A stretch of DNA of 64,000 nucleotides from Cyanophyceae cyanobacterium (GTDB lineage Bacteria; Cyanobacteriota; Cyanobacteriia; Cyanobacteriales; Laspinemataceae): contig JBBQFN010000014.1 in assembly GCA_038321985.1 (NCBI GenBank), positions 32,001-96,000 of the forward strand. The letters run 5' to 3'. The notes below the pieces were generated by a model that was not told the origin of the DNA, made no database searches, and was given only the letters and a program-made list of their open reading frames with translations. Each line of letters begins with the position of its first letter. Positions within the stretch are counted from its first letter, which is position 1. Positions 62,709 to 64,000 of the stretch are shown piece after piece. The translations under genes were made by a program, and so were the position numbers.

Positions 62709-64000
62709 GTGCCAAATCAACCCCATTCCGACCTAGTGAAGCCCGTATTTTTTGAAGGCAGTTATCGAGATCTGCGCGTAGAATCGACCCTGGGAGAATT
62801 ACCCCTGTTTGATTTTCAGGTAGATATAACCCGCCGCTGCTGTGATGTCGTTCGCACTTTTGAACAATATCCCCTTCTGACTGGGGTGATTTTGCGAGAT
62901 GCGGGAGAATTTGTGGGCATGATTTCTCGACAGCGACTGTTAGAATATCTGATCCGTCCGCGCGCTAGTGAGTTGTTTTTAAATGCTCCCTTGCAAATGC
63001 TTTACAGCTACGCACGGACCCAAATTATGCTATTAGCTTCCCAAACGACTATTGTCCAAGCGGCGCGGCAGGCATTACGCCGATCGCCGGAATTATTAGG
63101 CGAACCTCTCGTCGTCCAAACCAGTTCGGATCAGTATCTGTTACTAAATATTCATGAGTTGAATTTAGCCTATTGGCAAATTAGGGGCATTGAAACTCAA
63201 TTGCGTTTTGAACACATTCAAGCGCAACTGGTGCAAACGGACAAAATGGCAAGTTTGGGACGGTTGGTAGATGGGGTGGCCCATGAAATTCTCGACCCGG
63301 TAGGATTTATTTGGGGAAATTTAACCTACGTTGCCAGCTATTCTGAGGAGTTAATGGAGTTGGTGGCAGCCTATCAAAAATATTTACCTCAGTCTGTGCC
63401 CGAAATTGAGGATCTCCAGGAAGAGATTGAATATGATTTTTTAAAAGAAGATTTGCCTCGGGCGATCGCCAGTCTCAAAAACGGGGCCGATCGATTAAAA
63501 CAGTTAGCCACCAGCTTGCAGAATTTTTGTCACATTGATGAAGTCTATCCCAAGCCTGCTGATATTCATGCTTGTATTGATAGTGTTTTGTTGCTTTTAA
63601 AAAGCCGAATTAGTGGCGAAATCGAAATTATTAGAAATTATGGTCATTTACCCCCAATCTCCTGTTATGCTTCTCAATTAAATCAAGTTTTTATTAACAT
63701 TTTAAGTAAAACTATTGATGGTTTAATTCATGAAGCCGTTCATCAAAAATTTTCGTTGGAGTTCAGCGAAGCGGGATTTAGAGCTAAACCTCAACCTTTT
63801 CCTACAAAATCTCGCATTTTAATTTCCACTGAATTAATATCTCGACCGGCCCCAACATCAAATCAGCCGGATTCCCGATGGGTTTCTATTAAAATTTCTG
63901 ATAATGGTTTGGGGATTCCTCAAGCTAAAATTGATGAAATTTTAGCCTCGTTTGGACAGTCGAAACTGGTTGAAAAAGAAACTAGCTTTGCAGTGAGTTA
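62709..64000 (+). CDS. Sensor histidine kinase-like protein with N-terminal CBS-like region; runs off the window and is missing from the ORF track
   Basis: Open frame from GTG 62709: ...FVGMISRQRLLE...DKMASLGRLVDGVAHEILDPVGFIWGNL...QLNQVFINIL...ISDNGLGI. Confidence 0.85.
   Translation, partial: MPNQPHSDLVKPVFFEGSYRDLRVESTLGELPLFDFQVDITRRCCDVVRTFEQYPLLTGVILRDAGEFVGMISRQRLLEYLIRPRASELFLNAPLQMLYSYARTQIMLLASQTTIVQAARQALRRSPELLGEPLVVQTSSDQYLLLNIHELNLAYWQIRGIETQLRFEHIQAQLVQTDKMASLGRLVDGVAHEILDPVGFIWGNLTYVASYSEELMELVAAYQKYLPQSVPEIEDLQEEIEYDFLKEDLPRAIASLKNGADRLKQLATSLQNFCHIDEVYPKPADIHACIDSVLLLLKSRISGEIEIIRNYGHLPPISCYASQLNQVFINILSKTIDGLIHEAVHQKFSLEFSEAGFRAKPQPFPTKSRILISTELISRPAPTSNQPDSRWVSIKISDNGLGIPQAKIDEILASFGQSKLVEKETSFAVS

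Overview
A 64-kb chromosomal window from a cyanobacterium, probably a filamentous Oscillatoriales strain (inference). The evidence is the very frequent HIP1 octamer GCGATCGC plus apcD, psb30 and cyAbrB. About 2.4-24 kb holds two convergent chemosensory clusters. On + are two CHASE3-type MCPs, a CheA-CheY hybrid and CheB, with no CheW or CheR. On - are cheY, cheW, two giant multi-PAS MCPs, cheA and cheW. One giant MCP carries an N-terminal ETR1-type ethylene-binding domain in exact register but with the copper-ligand Cys replaced by Ala, plus an Aer/NifL-like PAS; its tandem paralog has a decayed copy of the membrane domain. The rest is mostly housekeeping: a TPP riboswitch with thiC, an adenylate cyclase, pyrE, tRNA(CAU), queC, psb30, recJ, apcD, rlmD, lpxD, mlaD/F-like genes, yvcK, tsaE, pyrC and lepB. 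Accessory oddities are a scar of fused pseudogene fragments at 33-34 kb, an islet with a PAS-Crp regulator preceded by a perfect (AAT)17 tract, a tandem pair of secreted DUF1565/beta-helix/COP23 proteins (one fused to a trypsin-like protease), a candidate sRNA, and several REP/MITE-like repeats. No CRISPR array, rRNA or intact transposase was seen.
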